Made by a program: the position numbers and the translations under genes
The notes under the pieces: generated by a model
Databases searched by the model: none
Seen by the model: only the letters and a program-made list of their open reading frames with translations
What the model was told of the DNA's origin: nothing
In this document: in pieces, positions 37,801 to 50,600 of the stretch
How positions within the stretch are numbered: the first letter of the stretch is position 1
Layout: each line of letters begins with the position of its first letter
Source of the DNA: Azolla caroliniana
Taxonomy: Eukaryota > Plantae > Polypodiophyta
Direction: 5' to 3'
Length of the DNA stretch: 64,000 nt
NCBI GenBank assembly: GCA_043228905.1
Contig: JBHGNT010000013.1
Coordinates: 11,160,001 to 11,224,000, forward strand

Positions 37801-38639
37801 GGGGAGGATAATGTCATGAACATTGACTCGAATGTGAACCTTAGGCCCTTGTATATATATATATTTCTCCTAGACAAACTTTAGACTTCAAACCTTTGTA
37901 TAAAGAGTGGTATGGTATGTAAGACCCAGTATGGACTCAATATGTAAGACTTGGCATGCAAGAATTAGTATGCTTGATATTATAGTATGTAAGACTTGGC
38001 ATGAACATGCTTATCATGCATCACTACATGTATAAAAAGGGTTGATCTCCCTTGTTAACATCAAGGAGATCAACACCAATCATGGAATAGATACTTTTAC
38101 TCATTGTCATCAACTTCTCGATCTCCCTATCTCATCAACTTCTCCATCTCTCTATCTCCAATTGTTCATCCGTGACAGACATAGCTAATTAACTAAGCAA
38201 AAAGTTGAATGTACTTTAGTTGTTTGCAAATTATTGAGAATATTAAAAAATGATCACAAATAAGTTAAAATTAAATGTGTACCATAAATAGTAATATTAG
38301 AAGGGTTTAATTATTTAGTAAATTCCTAGGTGGATTCAATGCCCCGTTATGCATGATCAATCACATTGGCAACATGTTTGGTATTGTTTCTCACTCATCA
38401 TTCCCCTATAACCTCCCTTCTCTCGTACGTGTTTCTATCCGTCTTTGTAAGTATTTTTGTTGCAATCGCTCCATACCGTCTCTGCATGTATTTTTATTGC
38501 AATAGCTCCTTAGCACCTTTATTTGTATTGCCGTTGCAATCATTCATTATTGTCTCTATCTATATCGTTGTTACAATCGTTCATTCCTGCCTCTGCAAGT
38601 ATTATTGTTGCCTATAGTCATCACCGCCTCTACTAGTAT

Positions 38640-39030
38640 CGTCGGTGCAACCGCCACCCTTACCCGCCTATCCAAGTATCACCGTTGCAATCACTCCTTA
38701 CTGCTTCTGCAAGTACCACCACTGAAATCGCTCACTTACTGCCTATGCAATTACCACTATTGAAAGTGCTCCTTATCAGCCTTTGCAAGTACCATTGTTG
38801 AAATCGCTCATTTACCGCCACTTCAAGTACCACCGCTAAATTTGGTCGTTACCCGCCTCTACAAGTACCACCATTGAAATCGCTCACTTACCACCTCTAC
38901 AAGTACCATCACTAAAATCACTCCTTACTCGCCTCTACATGTACCAATGTCGCAATCACTCAATGATTGCCTCTACATGTACCATTGCTAAAATTGCTCC
39001 TTATTGCCTTTGCAAGTACCACCGCTACAA
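38640..39030. repeat. ~38-bp tandem array
   Basis: About 10 copies of CAAGTACCACCATTGAAATCGCTCACTTACCGCCTCT-like units. Confidence 0.85.
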
Positions 39031-39176
39031 TGGCTCCTCACAGATAACATTCATTATTTTCCACCCTCTTGCGTGTGGTATAGTCATTCCTTCCTCTTGC
39101 ATGTGGTCAAGTTGATACAACATTGGCCACATTCATTATTTGCCCCAATTTATGTCTCATTCTTCTTTTGAATTAG

Positions 39177-39810
39177 CTAATTAGGATTTTTCAATGGAAG
39201 GGGAAGCAAAGCGTTTATCATGACCATTTCTTTTGGACTCCTGAAGGCCTTCTCGATATATTCTTCCAAATCAAATGTTGACCTCCATTCTTTTGTCATG
39301 TGCATTCTTTGATTGTCATATTGTTGACAGATTCGTTTCACAGCATCCAAGTTTTCGATTAATCCACTAGTGCCGTCATCATCTTTTAATACTATATCAA
39401 GCTTCATCCATTCATTTCGATTAGCGTACCTTAGGAACATTAACACTTTGTCCACCCCCACCAATCTTTTGCCACTTTCCAAAAGTCGGGAGAATTGACA
39501 CTCCAAATCTTGAAAAGATGCTAAAGCACTCTTGTAAGGCTTCTTTAATGCGACCCACTTGTCAAACTCATAGCGACTTGTGCCGATTACATCCTCGACC
39601 TCGAACTCTTTAAGCAATGCTATTCGGAAAATATCCCATGATATATAAGCTTCAAGAAGCTCTATAATTTGTGTATGTAGCATCGAGGATACCACTCGAC
39701 TAAAGTACCTTAATTTTGTTAGCTCGTGAACATTTGCTTGAAGCATCACGCATTGTATTCTTCCAAATAATCTGAGACATTGGTCCCATCAAAATTGTCC
39801 ATATGTATAT
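39177..39810 (-). pseudogene. Retrotransposon gag-like remnant
   Basis: 190-aa ORF with SWDIFRIALLKEF, preceded by FDGTNVSDYLEEY. It lies downstream (on minus) of an LTR-like region with a tandem array. Confidence 0.5.
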
Positions 39811-39984
39811 ACAAGTCTCTCAACTGAATATTGTGTGGCATCTTTTTCCCTCAGTAACTTCGTCATCATTCTTTCCATCAAAGCTCAACCGCATATTGTG
39901 CGGGACCATTGGGGACTTGAACCAGAGAGGATGGATGCCTCGAAGGATTATCAGTGTCAAATGATTGTCAAAGTTGAATGTAGG

Positions 39985-40430
39985 TCAGACTCGAAGGTAA
40001 TCAAAGTTAGGCCAGAGTCGAAGGTAGGCCAGACTTGAAGGTAGACTAAATTTGAAGGTAGGCTAAACTTGAAGGTAGCATAGACTTGAAGTTAGGCCAA
40101 ACTTGAAGGTAGCCCACACTCGAAGGTAGTCTAGAGTCGAAATTAGGCCAGAGTCCAAGTTAGGCTAGAGTTGAAGGTAGCCTAGACTCAAAGGTAAGAC
40201 AGAGTTGATGTAAGGTCAAAGTCGAAGGTAGCCCAAAGTCGAAGGTAGCCCAGACTCGAAGATAGGACTAAGTTGAAGTTAGCCTAGAGTTGAAGATAGG
40301 TAAGACTCGAAGGTAGGAAACACTCGAAGTTAGGCTAGAGTCGAAGGTAGTTTAGACTCGAAGGTAGGCCAGACTTGAAGATAGGTCAAAGTTGAAGTTA
40401 AGCCAAAGGCGAAGTTAGGTCATATTCAAA
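39985..40430. repeat. ~20-bp tandem array (GACTCGAAGGTAGGCCA-like, ~22 copies)
   Basis: Direct reading. Related to 32345-32525. Confidence 0.9.
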
Positions 40431-41119
40431 TTGAGGACCGTTCAGAACAATGAAATGAGCATGAGATTAACATGTGACTGACCCAAAGATCTTGAGATTA
40501 TGAATTGGTTTTACAATATTAATTCTAGAAATGCTAGACTAAGGAAGAAATTCCCTTTATAAAATAGGGATTACAAGTTGTTGGGGTAAACGATTACAAC
40601 GGTGTTGAAATTCTAGAAATAAATCATAAACTACAAATCCTAAATTTCATGGCGAATAAGAAAATAAAACTTAAGGACAACAAACATCTTGTGCAGAAGA
40701 AGAAGAAGATGATGATGAAGAAAAGAATAAGAGTGAAGCTTTAAGGAGGGAATCCTCGAGTTTTTGTGTAAACTCTCAACGATCAATGGCCACGTCACCT
40801 CTTGTTGATGAGGGTTATACACGCCCTGTTGATCTACTAGCCTTGCTTCCCAATCCAGTAGAGCTTCTGCATCTCTCTCCTCCCTCCTTCCCCTACGTGA
40901 TGCATTCTCTTCCCCTTTTTTATAGGGTGGAGGGTTTTTTCCTAAATAAAAAGTATGTGCTTTTTTATTTTAACACACGCCATGCTTTTTCTTTCCTAAA
41001 TAATAATAATAATAAAGTCACAAAATATCTTTTCTCTTCACATCTTCGATCTATCAATCAAACTTTTTAATAATCCTAGTTTAACGAAATTCTTCCTATA
41101 CACAACCCACATCACGACA

Positions 41120-41990
41120 ACGGACTTGGGGATTTTATACTACTTCCTTGGAATCAAAGTTTGGCAAACCTCAGTTAACATGACAACATAAGTATGCGAT
41201 AGAGATATTGAAGACATTTGGGATGATAAACTACAAGATGAAGTTGACTTTGATGGGGTTGAATCACATTCTATCCCAAGAAGACACTTGACCAATGGTT
41301 GTCATAAGGAAGTACATGCAACTTCTAGGGGGTCTAATTTTCGTATGCAATATTAGGTTGGATATTTGGTTTATAGTTGGTGTGGTAAATCGATTCAACA
41401 AGCCGAAGGAGAATCATTTGAAAGTTATGTTGTGTTTATTAAAGTACTTAGGGGGTACTTTAAATTATGGAATCTTCTACAAGCCAACAATTAACGAATT
41501 TAGTGGGTATTGCGACTCGAACTAAGCTAGAGATAGTAATTCCAATAAATCGATTTCTAGATATTGTTTTTCAGTATTTGAGTTGTTTCATGGAACAATA
41601 AAAAACAATCGACAATGGCACTAAGTTTGACAGAGGTGAAATACAAAGCGACATGTGAGATAGACTAGCTCAAAAGAATCCTTATGAATGTGGAAGTTCG
41701 GATGAGGACAACAATTGTACATAGGTATGCCAATCAAAGTCGTATGCTTATTGCTTGAACCTCGTGTTTTATGCATGTACTAAATACATAGAGATTCAAT
41801 ATCTCTATGTAGGACCTAATCGATCATCAAACTATAGACTTTGAGTACTATCCAACATCAAAATATGTTGTAGACATCTTCACAAAGGCATTCTGAGTAG
41901 AACAATTATAACAAAACCTTCAACAATTAGGAGATGACCTAATTCGATCTCAACTCAATGGGGTTGACCATTGACCTCAAGTAGGGGTTG
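41120..41990 (+). mobile_element. Heavily decayed copia RT/RNase H
   Basis: DLGILYYFLGIKV, FSGYCDSN, TKYIEIQY, DIFTKA. Confidence 0.8.
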
Positions 41991-43760
41991 CAGGTTAGAT
42001 ATAGTCAATGATCACCCCCAGTTGTCAGTTTATTACCACATGTATTCTTAGAATGCACATTTTGTGGTGGCACCCCAAATGACGAGTAATTGTTGTGCAA
42101 CCAACCATATGTGTCGATGAGGTGTCAATGTGGGAAACCATAAATGATTAAGATAGAATGTATTTAGGAAAGACGGAGGGTAATGGGATTGACAAGTCAA
42201 ATCGACCAAAAGAACATTCTCATAGTACTATCTAACACTAGTTGTTACCTAAGGAGCTAGGTCATATTAATTAATGACAAGTCCATTGACCATAAAGGAA
42301 AATCCCTACTATTATCAACTAACTTACACATTCAATGTGACAATAAGACCAATTTCGACGAATCCAAATCCCATCTTACCTCTAATGTGTTGGTGCACGA
42401 GAGGACTACCATTGTGAACTACTCTCATATGTATTAGAAAGTTTGTATTGACTTGTATTCGTCTTTTGTGAGTGTAAATTTATATGCCTATCTAGTCAAT
42501 TCTCAATATTTCTAATAGTTTATAGATATTGAATTCACTAGGGTGAATGGCATGATGGTATGAGCTCTATGATTTCATATGTTTTTTCAGAATTGTTGAA
42601 TTGAAGGTTCATGTAAATTTTGAAATTGCATATTTTATCTTAGACTTGTCAAATCGCAGATCCAAGACACTCTATGACATTATTTTGCATAATAACACCT
42701 ATATACCTATCAAAATTATGTTAACACGCATATGCCTAAACTTTTCAAAATGATGATAATAATGACCGAATGGAGTTGATGGCTGCCCAAGGTTCACCAT
42801 ATTCTTGTGTATGCAAGGTAAATCCAAATTTTGTATATTATCAATCCAGAGTAAGGCCATTTAGTGATGCCTCGATGCCTATTCATTTGCGTGAATGATA
42901 CATTCTAATCAGAATGGAATAAAGAATGGTTGATTTTGACATTTGTTATTACTTTGGCTCAAGTTTGACATAGCAATGATAAGTAATCCTAATGGCATTT
43001 TGAAGTATTCAAGTTCTTGATAACTTCAATGGCATTGTAATACTTCTATGAATGTATGAATGTCCACAAGCCTCTACTTTCAGGTCATGGAAGTACTGCA
43101 TCCAACTTTCACCAAATAGCAGCCTCTCTTCGTGACTCTCGATACAAGAGTTGTGGAAGACACAACATAATTTCAACAATTATGCGTGTTGGTGTTGTGT
43201 AAGTTGAGGATCACCATTCATGTCTCTTTATGCATCTAATGGGTAGCATAGACCACAATTTTGATTTAGAAACCTTCCTTGATGCAACAGTTTTTTTGGC
43301 CCCGTCTCTGATTCACTAGTGAACCTATTTATAAACATCCTCAAACTAAAAGGCAAATCATTGGATGAATAATCCAATAAACACCAATGTGATCTTTAAC
43401 TGGCTAACGTAACATTTCCCACTATGATAAAAAATTTAAATACAATGGTAAATAAAGTACATTCCAAATGTTGGCACTCATCATGTAATACATTTAATTC
43501 ACACATTAAATAATGAAAAGAAAAACAGGGTAGCCACAATTCAGACATTAAATAATGAATGCAAAATAAGACTGGCTTTATTAGTACATCCTCAATGATC
43601 CTTCCAGAAACGTATACTCTAATGCCTAATGCCATTCATAGATCGACTTGCAACCTCGTTTACCAAGATAGGAATCATAATGCTCTTGCAAAGAAAAGTT
43701 TACTGTTTACCCAATTCTTTACAAACACATCAGGGTTGCTAATGAGATGGCAAAGCAAAC

Positions 43761-45290
43761 TTAAACATCCTTGTTAGGGTCTTGAATATGTGAATCTCGT
43801 TCACGGATAAGGCTCTCTCTTCTTCGCAAAGTATGCAGAGCTTGTTGGAAGCGTCTCACACTAGATATACAACCTTTCTCCATCAGGTTGTCTAGGAAAG
43901 GCTTCGCTTCTCCCAATCTATTTGCTTTGCTTAGAGCTTCTAGAAGCAAAAGAAATGTGCTGTCATCCACGAAGATACGCTTCTCCGTCACATACTTACA
44001 CACTTGGAGAGCCTCATCTATCATACCTATCATGGTCAATTGTTTCAATAACACTACACAAAATGCACCCTCAGCTTCAATCCCTTCCCTCTGCATCTCA
44101 TTGAAAAGATTATATGCATCTTTATATCTATTTTGCTTACAAAGAAGAGATATAATAGAGCCATAACAAGCAAGTATCGGTCGACACCCTTTCTTTTCCA
44201 TTTCCAAAAAGAGTTTTTTGGCTTCATCTGCTTTTCCTTGTCTACATCGACCTCGTATCATCGTGGCATATGTGAAAGCATTAGGAAAACACAATCCAGA
44301 GAATATTCGTTTCTCTAGTTCTGCTGCAGACTCCATATTACCACTTCTAAAGAAACTCTCAAGGAGAGCATTGCAAACACTTGTACTGATAATACCAGAT
44401 TTCTCAAACCTTTCTTGAAACAAAGCTTTTACTTGGTCGGTATGGCCGGCCCTACAAAGTCCATATGCAACTATACTTGTCGTGACCTCGTTAGGTTGCC
44501 AGCCATCTCTCCTCATTCTATCAAACATATCGAGAGCATCTAACACTTTTCCCTGCTTTAGGTAGATGCTCATAATGGTATGATATGTGGTTTGATGAGG
44601 TCGGAATCCATACTTTTGCATAGAATCGCATACTTCCAATGCTTCCTGACATCTATTTGCTTTGGCATAGGCCACACTTACATAATTGAAATAATGTGGC
44701 TTCAAACTAGCATTCTGCTCAATCATAGCATCAAGCAGTTTATGTGCTTTATCAACCTCTCCAGCATTACAAAGACTATGGATTCTCTTCGAATAGGCGA
44801 TAGAGTGTGGAGGGCTAAGCCAACTCTCACCCATCAAGTCTCTTAGAAGCTCGTCTGAAGCTTGATGCAATGCAATGGCACCTTTGCTTTGTAGAAGTTT
44901 ATCTGAATCTCGGCATAACACTGTCGCAGCTTTGCTCTGTATACCTTCATCCAAAGGTTGGCCTAATGCAATTATTTCTTCTGTCTGTAGAAGCTCATCT
45001 GAACCATGTTGTAATGAAATTACCCCTTCACTTCTTAATACCTTATTGGAGTCTTCGTTCAACGCAATTTTTCCCTTTCTTTCTAGATCCTTAGAGGGCC
45101 CAATTGTTGCTAACGCCTCATTGATCAGGCCATCAATCCGCTTTTCATCATTATTAATTTCCACCTCCTGGTTTAAAGAAACAGGGACACAAAAGCGGCG
45201 TGCGCTTATGATGCACAAAGTGTAGTTAAAGCAAAAACACTTCTTCTTGATAAGCATCAATCTTCTTAACAATATGGGGATAGTGGCCAT
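43761..45290 (-). CDS. P-class pentatricopeptide repeat protein, 509 aa, ~9 PPR motifs, probable mitochondrial presequence
   Basis: Nine tandem 35-aa motifs (e.g. AFTYATMIRGRCRQGKADEAKKLFLEMEKKGCRPI) and no E/DYW domain. Basic, acid-free N-terminus ending ARRFC. In-frame stop just upstream of the ATG. Confidence 0.92.
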   Translation of the reverse strand: MATIPILLRRLMLIKKKCFCFNYTLCIISARRFCVPVSLNQEVEINNDEKRIDGLINEALATIGPSKDLERKGKIALNEDSNKVLRSEGVISLQHGSDELLQTEEIIALGQPLDEGIQSKAATVLCRDSDKLLQSKGAIALHQASDELLRDLMGESWLSPPHSIAYSKRIHSLCNAGEVDKAHKLLDAMIEQNASLKPHYFNYVSVAYAKANRCQEALEVCDSMQKYGFRPHQTTYHTIMSIYLKQGKVLDALDMFDRMRRDGWQPNEVTTSIVAYGLCRAGHTDQVKALFQERFEKSGIISTSVCNALLESFFRSGNMESAAELEKRIFSGLCFPNAFTYATMIRGRCRQGKADEAKKLFLEMEKKGCRPILACYGSIISLLCKQNRYKDAYNLFNEMQREGIEAEGAFCVVLLKQLTMIGMIDEALQVCKYVTEKRIFVDDSTFLLLLEALSKANRLGEAKPFLDNLMEKGCISSVRRFQQALHTLRRRESLIRERDSHIQDPNKDV

Positions 45291-46153
45291 TAAAGATGTG
45301 GTTTAATTTGTTGATAATGATCTCTTCCACAACCACATCATGTGATTGAGACCTCAAACAAGATCCATCTGTCTGATATTTTGGTTTATTGATAACCATG
45401 TCTTGCAAAGGATCATGGCCGCAAATTCTCTTCATACGTGGTCCTTATGACCAGAGGATAGGTATGAGATGGATGTGTTTAAAACCCTAAAATTTAGGCT
45501 CATAACCCTTAGCATGTGTTATATAATCATGAGGAGTGATTTCATGAGACGTATTTAAAACCAAAAACTCCTGATATGTGATTCTTATCAGGCATGAAAT
45601 GTGTAAGGACTAAAACCCTCCATTTTTTAGAACTGTGGGGGACGTTGTGGAAGGTTCTAACACCCTAAAACCTTCATATCTGTTTCTAATTACTTCAAAG
45701 GGAGGTACGGCGTGCGTAAATACCGAAACCTGAACCCTACAATCGAAAGAATCAGCCCAAAACTAGGCCCTAAACCCTAAACCCCAAGCCCTACTACCAG
45801 GGCATTCCACTTCTCGTCTAGAGGATCTTCTTAACTCTTTCTGAAGCACAAAACCTGGAAAAAGAAGGACAGGAAAGCTTCCCATTAAAAAAAAAGAGCC
45901 GTGACACGATCATTTTGCAGGGTTAGAAAGAACAAAACAAGAAAACAAGAGGAAGAGGAGGAGGCAGTGAGTCAAAAAGGGCTCACCTGAAAATCGATTA
46001 TCCATACATACGCGGAAGAGAGCTGTGGAGAAGAAGAAGAAGAAGAAGAAGAAGAAGAGAGCTGTTTCATTCAATGAACTTGTAAGAAAGAAAGAAAGGG
46101 GAGTGAGAGTGGGTCACATATGTAAATAAGAATTCATGTACATACATACATGC

Positions 46154-46188
<35 letters not shown>

Positions 46189-46356
46189 GTACATATGTGT
46201 GGGTTAAACCTTGTGATCTGGTGTGATGTGGTGTGGTCGGGACGGACACAACACGCAAACAAACCCTTTCCAGAGATGTGAAGAGGGGTGTGGTCAGGAG
46301 GATATGCATGTGTGGTTTAGACCTTGTGGTGTGGTGTGGTGTGGTGTGGTGTAGTG

Positions 46357-46655
46357 TAGGAGAGTCGGCAACAGCTCCGCTCAAGCCTGAATCGAGTCAT
46401 TAAACCGTTTTTAAACGTTTTAGCAGTGTGACGGTTCGATTCGGTTTAAGCTTGAGCCTCCTAAACTGATTTTGAGCTTGGTTTGGGATGGCTCCAGCTG
46501 AACCCAACCGTTTTGGGCTAAACCGGTTAAGGCTAATCGGTTTGGGGGCCGATTTAGTTCAACTTTGAAAACTCCCAAACCGGTTAAGGCTTAACTAGTT
46601 CGTTTTAAACAAGGCCAAACCAATGAGGTTGAAACAGAACCATCGTCGATTCCTA
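46357..46655. mobile_element. hAT-type MITE upstream of the PPR gene
   Basis: TAGG..TCGGCAAC / GTCGATTCCTA ends, 8-bp TSD GTGTAGTG/GTGTGGTG, AAACCG-type subterminal repeats. Confidence 0.75.
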
Positions 46656-47660
46656 GTGTGGTGTGGTCAACGGGGACCTTTCTTGAGATGTGAAAATGGT
46701 GTCATCACATGTGACACGAGATGTGAGCATTAAGAGATTCGGCTTCATCATGAGCGATGCTCTTCACCACTTTATTATGGGAATTCTCTACACTTCCATC
46801 GTATCAATGTGACAGGTTCTTTTAGAAGGTAGATGATGCCTATAAAGATGGATAACTTTCATTGTAGTATTTGTGGCTAACAATATCCTTTTTGGCCATG
46901 TCGTACTTCAAGTAGCATTGTTGTCATAGGATGTAGATAACGTGGATAATGATACAAAGTTCTGGCTTATAATAGTAAATTTCGTACAAATTGAAGACAA
47001 AAAAACACTCCGTGAATATCTCTAGAATACACTTAAGTCCGTGTTAGTCGAATCAAAATTTTAAATAAAGATTGCATACTAGATTGAGCAACAATTTTAA
47101 TGGCAATGTCTTATTAACCTAATTATGCATTGCTCATAAATCCTATCAATTGCTACATACATTGTGCACTTCAGACCAATCACAAATGCCTAGGTCAATA
47201 TCAAACCCACAACCATTAAGTCAATCGACCACTATAGTCTATGAAGATAACCATTGGAAGACTGTTGTTATCTTATGTGTAGAGTGATTTGTGTACACTT
47301 GAAGCCAATGTTGTTCAATGTTATAAATGAATTGATGACAAAAACACTACAACATTGACTTTTGGAAAACCTAGGAAGCGTGATTCACCATACAACAAAG
47401 AATACTTGATACCCCGGCTTAAGAATCTATGAGAGAGGGGAAAAATACAAGCAACATCTAAAGGATTTTAGGGTTATTTTCAATCAACAAGCTTACACTT
47501 GAGCCTAAACACATGCATTCTTCTTAATAAAATAAAGATAACAAGAAGCATGACGACAAATTCGAGTAATCTAGTGAAAGAAGATCAATAAATATTAAGT
47601 CAACCTCATTCATTCAAATAACAAACATGATGGTTTTCTAATGAGATTCTTCCTACATTC

Positions 47661-50600
47661 TGTCGGAAATCGAATCGTCGATCACCAAAAGGTATGCTGA
47701 GAAATACATAGTCGGAACAAAAAACAACAAATGAACATAATGATACATAGTTTTACATGGAAACCCTAAACTGGGAAAACCATGGGAACAGAGATCCACT
47801 ATACAAGAGAATACAGAAAACGGTTACACATCTTCTCTAATGATCTCAACGGAAAACCCACTTAGGGTTCTTAGCAAGTTCGTTGAACTTTGCCACCGCT
47901 CTCTCTCGCTCACGCACTCTCTCTTCTTTGCCACACGTAGTATACAACAAAGGTTCACAACAACTCTATCTATTCTACGTTCAACTCTTACATAAAGCTT
48001 TGCCCTAAGTGTATTTATACTTATACACTAAATAGGCTATTTACAAATGCAGCCTCTACTACGTTCGTTCGTGTCTTCTACTTGGATCACCTATTGAACC
48101 GTCGACTCTCCATGTCGACTCCTCTTTGTCATCGATTGTCACCTCTCAGCCCGACCAATCGCCTACTCCTTATCTTCGATTGTCGGCTCTCGGTCCGACT
48201 AGTCAGCTCCTCCCATAGGAGGGACATATTCCTAACAAAATCCCCCTTCACTCCTATGGGTGGAGTTGGTTAGTCCTGTTCTCTACCGATAGACTCTGAG
48301 TCTGTCCATCGGTAGGTTCATTGTCAGCATGTCGGATCCATTTTCGTCAGTATTGATCTTCATAAGGGTGAACTCTCCTTCTTCCACTTTCTCCCGCAAC
48401 CAGTGATACTTCCTCTGTATATGTTTGGTCTGGGAGTGGTGCGAAGTGTTCTTGGCTAGATGTATAGCGCTTTGGTTGTCACAATGAAGCAGGAACTCCT
48501 TTTGCGTCATCCCCAACTCATTGAAAAAATTTCTCATCTAGATCAGCTCTTTTCCGCCCTCTACCGCTACCATATACTCTACCTTTGTGGTTGACAAGGA
48601 CACAGATTTCTAAAGTCGTGATTGCCACAACACTGCTCCCCCTGCATAGGTCATCATGTACCTTGAAGTGGATGGACTTGAGTCAGTTTTCCCCGACATG
48701 TCTGAGTCGGTAAACCTTTCAAGCATGGGTTTTCCGACACCGTACCTTAGGCATACCCCCGAGGTGCCTTTCAAGTACCTGAGTATCCATTTAACAACTA
48801 CCCAGTGTTCTCTTCCTCGATTACTCATATATCGGCTTACTGCCCCCACAATAAATGTTATGTTTGGTCTCGTGTAGACCATAGCATACATTAAATTGTC
48901 GATGGCTGAGGCATATGGTACATTCCTCATCTCAACCTTTTCTTTCTCCCCTCTAGGGCATTGCTTAGCATTCAACTTGCAGTTGATCGGCAACACAGAG
49001 CTGACTAGCTTTGCCTCTCACATGTTGAACTTGAGTATCCATTTAACAGTTGCCCAGTGTTCTCTTCCTCGATTACTCATATATCAGCTTATTGCCCCCA
49101 CAACAAATGTTATGTTTGGTCTTGTGTAGACCATAGCATACATTAAACTGTTGATGGATGAGGCATATGGTACCTTCCTCATCTCAACCTTTTCTTTCTC
49201 CCCTCTCAGGCATTGCTTAGCATTCAACTTGCAGTTAGTCGGCAACACAGAGCCGACTAGCTTTGCCTCTTACATGTTGAACCTCTCCAAGATCTTTGTC
49301 ACATATTTCTCTTGTGACAACCATAACACCGTCTTAGTTCTGTCCCGAACTATGTGCATCCCCAAGATTTGTTTTGTTGGTCCAAGATCTTTCATGACAA
49401 ATGACTTGCCTGAAGCTTTCTTTAAGCTTCTGATCTTCCTCATGTCTTGCCCAACTATCAACATGTCATCCACATATAATAAGAGAATTAAGAAGTCACC
49501 TTCATCGTACGTTTTGACGAACACACAATGATCTGCCTGTGTTTTCTGGAACTGATGTTTCATCATGAAGGATTAAAACTTCTTGTACCATTGACGTGGA
49601 GCTTGTTTCAATCCATACAAGCTTTTCTCCAATTGACGCACCAGGTTCTCTTTCCCTTTCTCCTCAAAGCCTTCGAGTTGCAACATGTAGATCTCTTCAT
49701 CCAGCTCCCCGTGCAAGAATGTTGTTTTGACATCTAACTGTGCGATCTCCAAGTCCATACTGGCAACTATGTTCAGAATAGTTCGAATTGATGTCATCTT
49801 CACAACTAGTGCGAATAATTCGTCAATGTTGACACCCTTTTTCTGTTGAAACCCAATTTGGGTGTGTTGTCGACTTCTCCAGTATTCGTCTTGTAGACCC
49901 ATTTATTCCTAAGTGCTCTCTTACCTTTCAGTAACTCTACCAGGTCGTAGGTGTAATTTTCGTGCAAGGAGTCCATCTCGTCTTGCATTGCACTCTGCCA
50001 TTTCTCCTTGTGCTTGTCAGCAATGGCCTCATCATAGCACTCAGGTTCACTTTCATCAGTCAAGAGGATGTATTGACTGGCATATGTAGTCAGTGCTCTT
50101 CTTTCTCTGAGTGGGTATCTCCTTCCACTCGTTCTCGGCTCCATTTCGGATGTCTCTATCGACTCTTCTCTCGACTCGGGTTCATATGTGTCGATCAATC
50201 GTTGAGGGTTTGTCAATTCTGACTCGTATTCCTTGATCGACTTTAATAGGTCTGCCGACTCCGACTCATTTGTATTGGTCAGTTGTTCCGAGTCGACCAA
50301 CTCGGATTCGGCTTGCCGACTGGCTGCATCCAAACAGTTGACTGTGTCGGTTCACTTGGCCTTAAGTCGGTAGTAGTGGGAGTTGACTGGGAAGTCGATT
50401 CCGACTTCTGTTGCTTCCAGTCCTCAATCATCTTGTCTTCCAAGAAGACTATATCCCGACTCCTCACTACTTTCTTATCGACTAAGTCCCACAACCTATA
50501 GCCAAACTCGTCCTCCAAGTATCCCATAAATATGCATGGTTTCGACTTGTTGTCGAGCTTTGACCTTTGATCCTTAGCCACATGCACATACACTAGACAT

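Larger units (their letters stand above)
33404..38177 (+). mobile_element. Chromoviral Ty3/gypsy element (Tf1/Tcn1-like), internally deleted and rearranged; LTRs 33404-33756 and 37812-38177
   Basis: TGTCA...TGACA LTRs, perfect TSD GACAT, PPT AAGGGGAGGATAA. Gag at ~33800-34560, RNase H end plus integrase (HHCC, ISDRGPQF, HPETNGQTER, GPF) and a chromodomain. RT is missing. Confidence 0.95.

Noticed and set aside
39895-39925. tRNA-like GGTTCAAGTCCC (B-box) on minus
   Set aside because: No cloverleaf, A-box or acceptor stem evident.
39985-40430. Possible CRISPR or coding repeat
   Set aside because: Degenerate ~20-bp minisatellite without spacers or an open frame.
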